The position numbers were made by a program, and so were the translations under genes. Below are positions 50,236-58,948 of a stretch of 64,000 bases of DNA, one piece after another. The DNA is from Oligoflexia bacterium (lineage in GTDB: Bacteria; Bdellovibrionota; UBA1018), in assembly GCA_014378465.1 (NCBI GenBank), contig JACMNQ010000021.1, forward strand, positions 4,898-68,897, written 5' to 3'. The notes under the pieces were generated by a model that was not told the DNA's origin, searched no databases, and was given only the letters and a program-made list of their open reading frames with translations. Positions within the stretch are counted from its first letter, which is position 1; every line of letters starts with the position of its first letter.

Positions 50236-50487
50236 AGGAAGATTTCAAGAAAGATGTCGCATTTATTTTTTAGGCAGCCTGAACTCTTAACTTTTGATCA
50301 TCTGATTTGATTTCTTTTCGAGGGTTGAGCCTGACTTCCGTGATCATCGACCAGTTGCGCGTCTGCCTGGACCAGCGAGAGGGATTGGAGAGCTTTGCAG
50401 CCTGATAGATTTCGTGCCGACGTCTCAAGATTTCAGTATCTTTGCCGTTATGGCGTGACTCGGGCGTTACAAAACGGAATCCACTAT
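50236..50487 (-). pseudogene. IS3-family transposase C-terminal remnant with its right end
   Basis: SGFRFVTPESRHNG..EILRRRHEIYQAAK..NPSRWS..TRNWS...LNP is an IS3-type C-terminus. It is cut off at the IS21 left end. Confidence 0.7.
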
Positions 50488-50676
50488 TGGCCGATTGCAG
50501 TTGAGCTGACCCGGGCAATTGCAATGAATTGACCCACCCCGATTTCACTTGAGTTGACCCAGGCGATTTCACTGAACTGACCCAGCCAATATCAGTGAAA
50601 TGACCCACTAGTTTTGGTCAGGTTTTCGGGTGCTTTTGAAGCTAGTGTCGATCATCTCAAAGGGGACCCCTGAAAG

Positions 50677-52155
50677 ATGATTGGCAGCAGAAAGAGCACC
50701 GCAGTGAGAAGTGAGATTTTTAGATTAAAACACGCAGGCCACGGGCACCGAAAGATTGCCCAGATCCTAGGGATTTCAAGAAATACGGTCAAAGGGATCC
50801 TGAAGTCCGGAGATGGGCCCGGTCGTGTGGAGAAGCCCTTGCCCGAGACCCGGGTCTGGAGTGATGAGGTGGCCTGGGATGAGGTCCGCAGTGAGCTCAC
50901 CAAGCGCTACGTGACGATCAAGCAGCTGGCGGCTGAATACGCCCCTGAGGGCGTTGATTACATCCGCTTCTGGAGGGAGCTCAGGCGACGCACTCCGGTC
51001 GACGTCATCAGTCAGGTGCGCATCAAGATGCAGCACGAGCCCGGAAGCCGCTTTGAGGGAGATTACTGTGACGGTATTGTGATCACGGACCGGAAAACCG
51101 GGAGAACGAAAAAGACGCAGCTCTTTGCAACCGCGAGTTCATTTAATGATTACAAATACGCCGAATTCACCATGGCCCAGACCAAATGCGAATTCATCGC
51201 GTCCCAAGACCGGATGTTTCATTTCTTTGGCGGGCTGCCAGTCTATTACGTGATCGACAATCTGAAGAGTGGCGTCAGCCGGGCGCACCGCTATGATCCG
51301 GACCTGAATCCTTCATACTGTGATTACGCCAATCACATGGGATTTTCCGTACTGCCGGCAAGACCCGTCACCCCAAGAGACAAGCCCGCCATTGAAGGCG
51401 CAATTGGCGTCACCCAGAGACAATTTTATTCGGAAGTGAGAAACCGGGTATTCTATTCAGTCACCGAACTCAATGACTGTCTTCGGAAATACATCACGCG
51501 CCTGAACGCTTCAGAAATGAAGGACTACGGGACAACCAGAGCCGCGCGCTTCGAAACTGAAAGGCCGCTACTGAAAGCACTTCCTCAAGAAGCCTACGAG
51601 ATGAGTGAGTACCGAAGCTCAAAAGTTCATCCGGATTGCCATATCCAGGTGGACCGAAATTTTTACTCAGTCCCGTACCGCTTCATCTCTCAAAGCATGC
51701 GCGTGAAGCTCTCGGTCAGAACCATTGAGATCTATAGCGAGGACCACGAGCTTGTCGCCATTCATGCGAGAAAATTAGGAAAACGAAACTTCTCCACCCA
51801 CGACGCCCACTATCCGGAACAAAAAATCGCCGCGGCAAGATTTGATATCTTGGCACTCAAAAAAGAGGCTGCCCGGATCGGACCCGAGATGGATGCCGTG
51901 AATGGTGAACTCCTGGCGGGAGTGTCGCCGCTTCGGTACCTGAGGCGCGCACAGGGAATCTTGCGGCTGTCAAAAACGCTACCGTCAAGTGCGCTTGAGT
52001 ACGGCTGCAAGCAGGCAAGGCTCTTTGGTCGCCTGAGGCTTCAGTACATCACTGACTGCGCGACCAGGTTCCATAGAAATGGGACCAGGCCCGTGCTGGT
52101 TAGGGAAGCCCCCGCTCGCGAGCGCTCTCAGATCTATCTCCATGAACAACCCTGA
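50677..52155 (+). CDS. istA: IS21 transposase IstA
   Basis: N-terminal HTH (KIAQILGISRNTVK), HEPG..EGDY, YVIDNLKSGV, DKPAIEG and DRNFYSVPY. Confidence 0.92.
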   Translation: MIGSRKSTAVRSEIFRLKHAGHGHRKIAQILGISRNTVKGILKSGDGPGRVEKPLPETRVWSDEVAWDEVRSELTKRYVTIKQLAAEYAPEGVDYIRFWRELRRRTPVDVISQVRIKMQHEPGSRFEGDYCDGIVITDRKTGRTKKTQLFATASSFNDYKYAEFTMAQTKCEFIASQDRMFHFFGGLPVYYVIDNLKSGVSRAHRYDPDLNPSYCDYANHMGFSVLPARPVTPRDKPAIEGAIGVTQRQFYSEVRNRVFYSVTELNDCLRKYITRLNASEMKDYGTTRAARFETERPLLKALPQEAYEMSEYRSSKVHPDCHIQVDRNFYSVPYRFISQSMRVKLSVRTIEIYSEDHELVAIHARKLGKRNFSTHDAHYPEQKIAAARFDILALKKEAARIGPEMDAVNGELLAGVSPLRYLRRAQGILRLSKTLPSSALEYGCKQARLFGRLRLQYITDCATRFHRNGTRPVLVREAPARERSQIYLHEQP

Positions 52156-52197
52156 ATCCGAAAACCCTGAAATGACCCTACGAAAGAGAAGTAAAAA

Positions 52198-52943
52198 ATG
52201 TCATCATCTCCATCATCATCAATCCCCATGATCCAGAGCATGCGGCAGATATCCCATGAACTGAGACTCTTTGGAGTCCACGAAGGGCTCGAGCGCAGGT
52301 CTGAGGAATCCCTTCACTCAGGGCTCAGCCCACTTGAGTACCTGAGACTCGTGCTTGAAGACGAGCGACTCCATCGCCGCCAGAGAACGGCAAAAATGCT
52401 TCAAACCCGGGCCAAGTTCCGATCTGGCGCCGAGCTTGAGGACTGGGACCACGCAGTCGATCGGGGGCTCAGTAAACCGCAGTTCAAGGATCTGGCAAGC
52501 CTGGGGTTTAAAACGTGATTATTGTCGGACCCACAGGGACCGGGAAGACACATCTGGCGACCGCTCTCGGAAAAAAACTCTGTCGTGAAAGTGTAGGAGT
52601 ACAGTTCTTCTCGCTCAATCTTTTTCTGGAGGAGTGTCAGGCCGAGAAATCCTCGGGTCGTTATCTCAACTTCATCAAACGCACAAAAAACGTCGCAGTT
52701 TTGATCTTAGATGACTTCGGACTTCGGAACTACTCGCACGATGAAGCAGTGATTATCGTCGACCTGCTTGAAGAAAGATATTAACACGGGTCTGTCATCA
52801 TCACGTCCAGGGTTGACCCAAAGGGCTGGCACAAACTCTTTGAAGATCCAGTGATTGCCGAGGCCGCAATCGACCGGATGAAAAATCCCAGCATGCAAAT
52901 CATTCTCAAAGGGAGTTCCTACCGAGAGCGCCTGAAAAAATAG
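52198..52943 (+). pseudogene. istB: IS21 helper ATPase IstB, disrupted
   Basis: Frameshift near 52510 just before Walker A (GPTGTGKT). In-frame TAA at 52782-52784 after LLEERY, then HGSVIITS...KGSSYR continues to TAG at 52943. Confidence 0.88.
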
Positions 52944-53079
52944 GATTGAACTGACAAGAATAACGCAGTAGCAGATCCAGCAAATAACAGCCGCATCATC
53001 GGCACCCATCCCCCTGGGTCAGTTGAGTGAAATAGGGTGGGTCAACTCAACTGCAATCGGCCACCCGAAGCGCGAGGAG

Positions 53080-53105
53080 TCGACTCCCACGGTCGGTCGC
53101 CACCA
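53080..53105 (+). repeat. ssrA 3'-end copy 2 (degenerate)
   Basis: tcgactcccacggtcggtcgccacca: three substitutions plus a ggtc duplication relative to the native end. Followed by the hairpin aaaaaggccgatt..aatcggcccttttg. Confidence 0.65.
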
Positions 53106-53205
53106 AGATCAAAAAGGCCGATTGAGCACTCAGTGTTTAATCGGCCCTTTTGATTTTATGCAATCGATATCGAAACTCGCAAGCCCCGCCCGATCAAATT
53201 TGGTC

Positions 53206-53342
53206 GAACAGTAATGCCAGAACGTGATCAGCGTTTTGCTCCTTCAGCAGGGAGCCGAGAGGGAGACTGAGGGGGCACCAGCTATGCTAGTCGCGAAGGA
53301 GCCCAGCCTGCAGCCGAAGCGGGATAGCGCTGAGAGCGAAAG
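53206..53342 (+). repeat. Structured repeat type A, copy 1
   Basis: Collinear with 53618-53756 (GAACAGTAA.GCCA.AACG...GCGTTTTGCTCC...ACTGAG..GG.ACCAGCTA.GCT.GTCGCGAAGGAGCCC..CCTGCAGCCGA.GCG.GA.AGCGC.GAGAGCG). Confidence 0.85.
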
Positions 53343-53344
53343 GC

Positions 53345-53363
53345 ACTCCCTCCGTCTCCACCA
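53345..53363 (+). repeat. ssrA 3'-end copy 3
   Basis: actccctccgtctccacca, 19/19 identical to 45908-45926. Followed by the hairpin aaaaatccca..tgggattttt. Confidence 0.9.
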
Positions 53364-53548
53364 TAAAAATCCCAGGTGACACGTAAGTGTTAGTTGGGAT
53401 TTTTATTTGTGCGGACTTGAGGGAGGCAAACCGTGGAGGAGCGACCTCGCAGACTCCGAGGGAGTCTGCGAGGAGAGTCGCGCAGGACGCGCGAATCAGC
53501 GACGACGCCGCGACGGAGGTTTTTCCTGGAAGGCAAAAGCGCGAGGAG

Positions 53549-53570
53549 TCGACTGCCTCCGTCTCCACCA
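53549..53570 (+). repeat. ssrA 3'-end copy 4
   Basis: tcgactgcctccgtctccacca, 21/22 identical to 45905-45926. Preceded by a type B element containing a 13-bp perfect hairpin at 53445-53473. Confidence 0.9.
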
Positions 53571-53617
53571 AAAATTAAAAGGACTGCTCCGAAAGAAGCT
53601 GCCTTTTTTATTTTGTG

Positions 53618-53756
53618 GAACAGTAACGCCAAAACGCAGTCGGCGTTTTGCTCCTCCCAGGCTAGACTCGAAAGGCGGACTGAGAGGGTACCAGCTACGC
53701 TGGTCGCGAAGGAGCCCGTCCTGCAGCCGAGGCGCGACAGCGCCGAGAGCGGAAAG
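53618..53756 (+). repeat. Structured repeat type A, copy 2
   Basis: See copy 1. Contains stems AAAACGC/GCGTTTT, ACCAGC/GCTGGT and GGCGC/GCGCC. Confidence 0.85.
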
Positions 53757-53803
53757 ATCAACGCTCAGGCACATGCCATTGCGGGAGGTCAATTTCACAG
53801 ACA

Positions 53804-55603
53804 CTAAGCAGCCTTTTTGTGCCTATAGCCTTGATTGAGGTGATTTCTAAAAAGCTCGTTCATCCACCCGTGGCTCTTGGCCGCATCATATGCTTTGGGA
53901 TCTCGCTTCATAAAATCACGACGATTCCTGCAAAATCGAACAATCTCCTGACATTTCTCAAACGTCCAGTAAGCATTCGGTGCGGCCTTTGGAAGGTAGC
54001 CTTCATTTGGATGCCTTCTGAAAAGATCATTGAGCCAGCCCCTGCGATGGGCAGCCGCGAAAGCACCGGGCTGGTGTAGTTCTAGTTCTTTTCTTGTTTT
54101 CACTTTCGAAACGAACTCAGAGACTCGCTCAAAGGTCCAAAAACCTGGCGGTATACTCTTGAAGCCTTGGTTTGGATGCATGGCAAACAGGTGATCAAGC
54201 AGTCTTCTCCGGACAGCCCCTTCGTAAGCGCCGGCATGCTTCATCTTGAATTCGCTCCTGGTCGCGCATTGCTTTACCAGGGCGCTGAGTTGGTCATAGT
54301 CCCATTCCGCATTCTTCCGGTACCCATGGCCTGCATGGTTTTCAAAGAGTTCGTCAAGCCAGTGATTTTTAACGGCTGCCGCGTGGGCCCCCGGGAACCG
54401 CTCCTTGAATTCCTTTCGATCCGTACACTGCTTGGCGGCAGCCTGGCATGCCGCCAAGCTCCAAGTGCCGTTTTTTTTCTTGATCAAGCCTTGATGAGGA
54501 TGATCTTTGAATATCCGATCCAGAAGCTTCTGATTTGCAGCCGCTTGATACGCATTTGGATGTTTTTTTAAGAACTCGTTGCGACTCTCGCAAACCATGG
54601 CCAGCTCGTGCAATTTATCTTCAGTCCAAAACCCAGTGTCCACCCGAAGTTTTCCTTGATTCGGCAGCGACGAGAATATTTCCTCCAGCCATCCGTTATG
54701 AATTGCAGAATTGTAACCGCCTCCGAAATTCTTTTGGAATGCTCGCCTGGAGCCGCATTTCAGAGCAACTCTCCTACATTCTTCCTTGTTCCAACGATCA
54801 ATACCCTTTCCAACTGCACCACCGCCATCCGCATTTGCCATAATCCAGCCATCGGTGCGGAATTTTTTGATCTGATCTTTTTCAAGGGCTGCGGCGCAGC
54901 TTTCATCTAGTGGTCCCGATATTCGTGTCAACACTGCCCCATCTTCGATCAACTTCCGAACGACAGCCGATCCCGACCTGCGATGTTCCTCGAATCTCTC
55001 TTCTGGATCGTGCGAAAGCCCTACGTAAATGCGCTTTTCACTCGCGAGCGCGATCGTGTAGACATAGCGTGTATAGAGACTCCCCAGCGAACGCATATGC
55101 GCTGAAAAATCATCAATCCAGCCGTTTCTCAGGGCACTTGAATAGGCGCTGGAGTATTTCTTTCTGAACTCGTTTTTTGACTTGCACTCAAGTGCAGCCT
55201 TGCGGCAATTCTCTTTATCCTGCCAGTGACCCCGTGCAACTCTTCCCTCTTCAAAGCCACGATTGGGATGGTCTTCAAATAATAGATCGATCACGCCATT
55301 TTGGTGCGCACGGCTATAGGCATTTGGATTTGTTTTTGCCATCTGGCCACGGGTAGCAAATCCAGCCGCAATCCTCTTGAGGTCTGAGATTGACTCTTCC
55401 TTTGAAGTAAACTTCGCTATTCGGTTGCCCCCGTTGGTGTGGTTGCAGAAGATTTCCTGAAGCCAACCTGCACGGTAGGCGGCTCTAAAGGCCTGGTAGT
55501 GATCGGTTCGCATCTGCTTTTGGTCAACACAAGCATTTGCGATTGTTTGACATTTCTCCTTCGTCCATGCCGGCAGCTGAGAACTTTTTTTATGCGAGGC
55601 CAT
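53804..55603 (-). CDS. GIY-YIG nuclease embedded in nine ~55-aa helical tandem repeats
   Basis: YVY-x10-IYVG..DPEERFEEH...LEKDQI..ANADGGG nuclease core. Repeat consensus W(T/S)xExC..A..C..RxEF...xAY..A...GWLDELF..HxNxG, with 3 copies before and 6 after the nuclease. Confidence 0.8.
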   Translation of the reverse strand: MASHKKSSQLPAWTKEKCQTIANACVDQKQMRTDHYQAFRAAYRAGWLQEIFCNHTNGGNRIAKFTSKEESISDLKRIAAGFATRGQMAKTNPNAYSRAHQNGVIDLLFEDHPNRGFEEGRVARGHWQDKENCRKAALECKSKNEFRKKYSSAYSSALRNGWIDDFSAHMRSLGSLYTRYVYTIALASEKRIYVGLSHDPEERFEEHRRSGSAVVRKLIEDGAVLTRISGPLDESCAAALEKDQIKKFRTDGWIMANADGGGAVGKGIDRWNKEECRRVALKCGSRRAFQKNFGGGYNSAIHNGWLEEIFSSLPNQGKLRVDTGFWTEDKLHELAMVCESRNEFLKKHPNAYQAAANQKLLDRIFKDHPHQGLIKKKNGTWSLAACQAAAKQCTDRKEFKERFPGAHAAAVKNHWLDELFENHAGHGYRKNAEWDYDQLSALVKQCATRSEFKMKHAGAYEGAVRRRLLDHLFAMHPNQGFKSIPPGFWTFERVSEFVSKVKTRKELELHQPGAFAAAHRRGWLNDLFRRHPNEGYLPKAAPNAYWTFEKCQEIVRFCRNRRDFMKRDPKAYDAAKSHGWMNELFRNHLNQGYRHKKAA

Positions 55604-55784
55604 AGCGATGTATCGGAATGGGTGCGCGGAAAATCAAGCGGCTTAATAATCATTGAGTCGCTTGAGGTCTCTCATGCAATGTAGCTAATTGACGATCTAC
55701 GTCTTCAAGGACATACACCCGTTCTGAACAACTCTCTCTTTCTCCTCAGAAGCTGCCACCGAACCACTCCCTACGGAAAATGGT

Positions 55785-56747
55785 TTACGCCGCCTCCAGC
55801 TTAATCTTCAGATTCATCATCCATTCAGTCATGAGCCTGATCACTTGCTCATGATTGGGACCTCCGGGCACTACAGCGTAAACTTCGACTTCAGGCAACC
55901 CCGGAACATCGGGTGCGAGTAAGTCTCTGCCGTCAAAAGCTACGCCCAGATACTCGGCAGCGATAAAGCCCGCGCCCCGGATAGGCGCCACTCCAAAGCT
56001 CCGAACCTTTCCTTTCCCGTCCCATTTGAGCGTATCCGTCCGGTCCTCATGAGGCACGGAGCGAAAAAGCTGAACTGCGGCTCGAGTTGCGATCGAAGCG
56101 CCGTCCTGCCTAGCAAGTCCTGCGACGAGGTACTTGAAAGCGATCTTTGCTTCCCCCAGCTCCAACGCTCTCTCAGAGAGCATCGCCGCGTGGGTAGCGC
56201 TTTCTGCAGCGCCCTCAGCACTCAATTCTGACAACGTCATTTTGGCGACTCGCCCGTTCAGTGACAACAACTCTTGAACTCTGAGTGCAGGGTTGAATGA
56301 TTCTGTATCCGGCGTCCACTCGTGCCTGAGGATCCACGAACAGATCCCGATCAAGGCTTCACTATCAAGGGGCAGCGCCAGAGGTACATTCGAGTACAGG
56401 TCCTGTGAACGAATCTGTTTTGAAGCGGCCCAGGCCAGGTCCATCTCGGCCTTTCTTCTGCGCGCCACAAGGCCCAAAATCTCAAAGAAGGCCGCACCTC
56501 GGTAGCCGCCCTTTCTGAATTCTCGTGCTTCGGTCACAGCCCCCACCCATTCGCCCTCTGTGATCTTCCTGATCAGGGATTTGGGAGAACGAATATCGGA
56601 GGTTGTAACTGGAGTCACAAGAGACACAGGCGCGCAGGCCTCGGGTAAGAGTTTTAACTTCATTCTCAAAGTTTGCTGCCCAACGGTGACATCCCGGGAC
56701 CCGCTCTCATGGCCGACGAAGATCCGATGCCTGACCTTATCTGACAA
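55785..56747 (-). CDS. Hypothetical protein
   Basis: 320-aa ORF divergent from the DUF2779 gene. No motif recognised. Confidence 0.6.
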   Translation of the reverse strand: MSDKVRHRIFVGHESGSRDVTVGQQTLRMKLKLLPEACAPVSLVTPVTTSDIRSPKSLIRKITEGEWVGAVTEAREFRKGGYRGAAFFEILGLVARRRKAEMDLAWAASKQIRSQDLYSNVPLALPLDSEALIGICSWILRHEWTPDTESFNPALRVQELLSLNGRVAKMTLSELSAEGAAESATHAAMLSERALELGEAKIAFKYLVAGLARQDGASIATRAAVQLFRSVPHEDRTDTLKWDGKGKVRSFGVAPIRGAGFIAAEYLGVAFDGRDLLAPDVPGLPEVEVYAVVPGGPNHEQVIRLMTEWMMNLKIKLEAA

Positions 56748-56914
56748 GGCCCTGGGGTAACTTCAAGAAGTCGGGATTTGGGATCCAAAGCGCAGTCATC
56801 CCAGTGACACCTCCACTTCGGAATAATCTTGAGTGGGCATTCCAATATGCCGATGAGCCACCCGTGAAGTTCACGGTTAATCGGCCCAGTTGTGGCCTGT
56901 GAAGGACCCCGCGC

Positions 56915-58948
56915 ATGTCGCCTCGCTATCTGACTAAGTCTCTCTTCAAAGTCGCCTATGAGTGCCCCACGAAGCTCTACTACCAAATCCATAAGGAGTA
57001 CGGCAACACGAAGGTCGACAATGCGTTTCTCAAAGCGCTGGCTGACGGAGGCTTTCAGGTCGGGGAGCTCGCCAAGATGTATTCGCCTGGCGGCATTGAG
57101 ATCACTGAAAAGAACTCGGACAAGGCCGCTGAGCAGACCGAGGTCCACCTCAAAAAAGAGAACGTCACTCTTTTCGAAGCGGCACTCAGGGTGGATGGTC
57201 TTCTGGTCAGAGTTGATATCCTTCACAAGCGCGGCAACTCCATTGAGCTGGTCGAAGTCAAAGCCAAGAGCTGGGATGACACCGAAGAAAGTGGCTTCTA
57301 CAAGAAAGCAGAACTTAAAAAAGGCATCCGGAAGATCCAGGGCGACTGGGAACCCTACCTCATGGATATCGCCTTTCAGACCTACGTCGCCAAGAAGGCA
57401 CTGCCTGGCTGCAAGATCTCAAGCTACCTCATGATGGCTGACAAGACGGCCAAGACCACTGTGGACGGCATCAACCAGAGATTTCTCATTGTCACTGACA
57501 ACAAGCAGACCGACGTGATCGTCCGAGAAGGCACCAAGCGTGACATGCTGGGAGACTCAGTCCTCATCAGCAAGTGCGTGGATGATGAAGTCGAAGTGCT
57601 CTTCAATGAGACATTTGATGAAGGTCGCACTTTTACTCAACTCGTCAATCACCTCCTCAACCTGATCGCTACGGATACGAAAGACGAACCCAAGATCTGC
57701 TCGAGCTGCAAACAGTGTGAGTTCAGGCTCCCGACTCAAGATATCACCCCCACCCACAACAGTGGATTTGAGGAATGTTGGCTCAAGGCCACCGGCTTAA
57801 GCCTTGAGAAACTGAGAACTCCCCTCGTCTTTGACCTTTGGGACAATCGCAAATCAAAAGACCTCATCGAGCAGAGAATCTACCTGATGACTGACATTCA
57901 GGAAGAGGACCTCGCCTCAAAAGCCAAGAGCAAAAAGAAAACGGATGAAGGGGACATTGATCCTACGGCGGGACTCACCCGGACCGCAAGACAGTGGCTC
58001 CAAGTCGAAAAGACTCAGAAGAATGACTTAACCCCCTATTTCGATCACATTGGCCTCAGAGAGGAAATGAGCTCCTGGACCTACCCACTGAACTTCATCG
58101 ATTTTGAGACCACGATGGTCGCCATCCCCTTTCATAAGGGCAAGCGTCCTTATGAGCAGCTTGCCTTTCAATTCTCTCACCACGTGATGACGGCCAATGG
58201 AAAGATCACCCACCAGAGTGAGTTCATCCACTTTGAGCAGGGAGCATTCCCCAACTTTGACTTTGTCCGGGCACTCAAGAAGGCGCTCACCACAAACGAT
58301 GGAACGATCTTTCGATTCGCCGCACACGAAAACACGGTTCTTGGGCAGATCATGAGGCAGCTTGAGGCGGCGGCCGATACCACTCCAGACCACCAAGAAC
58401 TCATCGACTGGATCAAAGAGATCACTCAGTCCTCAAAGGATGCTGACGTCTCCTGGGAAGGCAGCCGAAACATGATTGACCTCTGCGACCTGGTGAAGAA
58501 ATTCTACTATAGCCCACTCACCGGCGGATCAAACTCGATCAAGAAAGTACTGCCGGCCGTGCTGCGCGAATCTACCTATCTGCAAGACAAGTACAGCAAG
58601 CCCATCTATGGGACCGACATTCCCAGCAAGAACTTCAAAAACCACGCATGGATCAAAAAAGATTCCGAGGGCAAGATTCTAGACCCCTACAAGACCCTTG
58701 AGCCCATCTTCTCAGACCTAGACTTGAAGACCATGGACTCCCTGATCAAAGAGAACAGCCTTGCTGACGGCGGCGCTGCGATGACCGCCTTTGCGCGTAT
58801 GCAATTTACCGAGATGAGCGAGCTTGAGCGGCACCGCGTCTCCAAGGCGCTCCTTCGGTATTGCGAGCTGGATACTTTTGCGATGGTCATGATCGTGGAG
58901 TACTGGATAGACGTACTTAAGGCGCATGAAGGGAAAGATGCGGCATGA
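56915..58948 (+). CDS. DUF2779-type protein: Cas4/RecB-like PD-(D/E)xK nuclease fused to an RNase H-fold (DEDD-like) exonuclease
   Basis: LTKSLF..AYECPTKLYY, RVDIL..LVEVKAKS, CSSCKQCEF, FIDFETT..PYEQLAFQFSHH, MIDL, SIKKVLP and LLRYCELDT. Confidence 0.8.
   Translation: MSPRYLTKSLFKVAYECPTKLYYQIHKEYGNTKVDNAFLKALADGGFQVGELAKMYSPGGIEITEKNSDKAAEQTEVHLKKENVTLFEAALRVDGLLVRVDILHKRGNSIELVEVKAKSWDDTEESGFYKKAELKKGIRKIQGDWEPYLMDIAFQTYVAKKALPGCKISSYLMMADKTAKTTVDGINQRFLIVTDNKQTDVIVREGTKRDMLGDSVLISKCVDDEVEVLFNETFDEGRTFTQLVNHLLNLIATDTKDEPKICSSCKQCEFRLPTQDITPTHNSGFEECWLKATGLSLEKLRTPLVFDLWDNRKSKDLIEQRIYLMTDIQEEDLASKAKSKKKTDEGDIDPTAGLTRTARQWLQVEKTQKNDLTPYFDHIGLREEMSSWTYPLNFIDFETTMVAIPFHKGKRPYEQLAFQFSHHVMTANGKITHQSEFIHFEQGAFPNFDFVRALKKALTTNDGTIFRFAAHENTVLGQIMRQLEAAADTTPDHQELIDWIKEITQSSKDADVSWEGSRNMIDLCDLVKKFYYSPLTGGSNSIKKVLPAVLRESTYLQDKYSKPIYGTDIPSKNFKNHAWIKKDSEGKILDPYKTLEPIFSDLDLKTMDSLIKENSLADGGAAMTAFARMQFTEMSELERHRVSKALLRYCELDTFAMVMIVEYWIDVLKAHEGKDAA

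Larger units (their letters stand above)
50488..53063 (+). mobile_element. IS21-family insertion sequence (~2.58 kb), defective istB
   Basis: Terminal inverted repeats TGGCCGATTGCAGTTGAG(C/T)TGACCC at 50488 and 53063, multiple internal end repeats, and istA plus istB. No target duplication seen. Confidence 0.9.
46095..53363. mobile_element. ssrA-anchored island segment bounded by direct repeats of the ssrA 3' end; no integrase visible
   Basis: Flanked by att-like copies at 46078-46094 and 53080-53105/53345-53363. Cargo is a hybrid kinase and IS remnants. Accessory DNA continues to the window end. Confidence 0.6.

Noticed and set aside
52500-52520. Programmed frameshift producing full-length IstB
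   Set aside because: Residues appear deleted at the junction and a second lesion (TAA at 52782) follows, so decay is the simpler explanation.
53064-53105. tRNA gene ending in CCACCA
   Set aside because: Only a T-loop-like segment and a 3' acceptor strand are present; there is no D-arm, anticodon arm or 5' acceptor strand.
45905-53570. Repeats as a CRISPR array, with the Cas4-like DUF2779 as a cas gene
   Set aside because: The repeats are the ssrA 3' end, spacing is highly unequal (about 150 nt to 7 kb), and there is no cas1, cas2 or effector gene.
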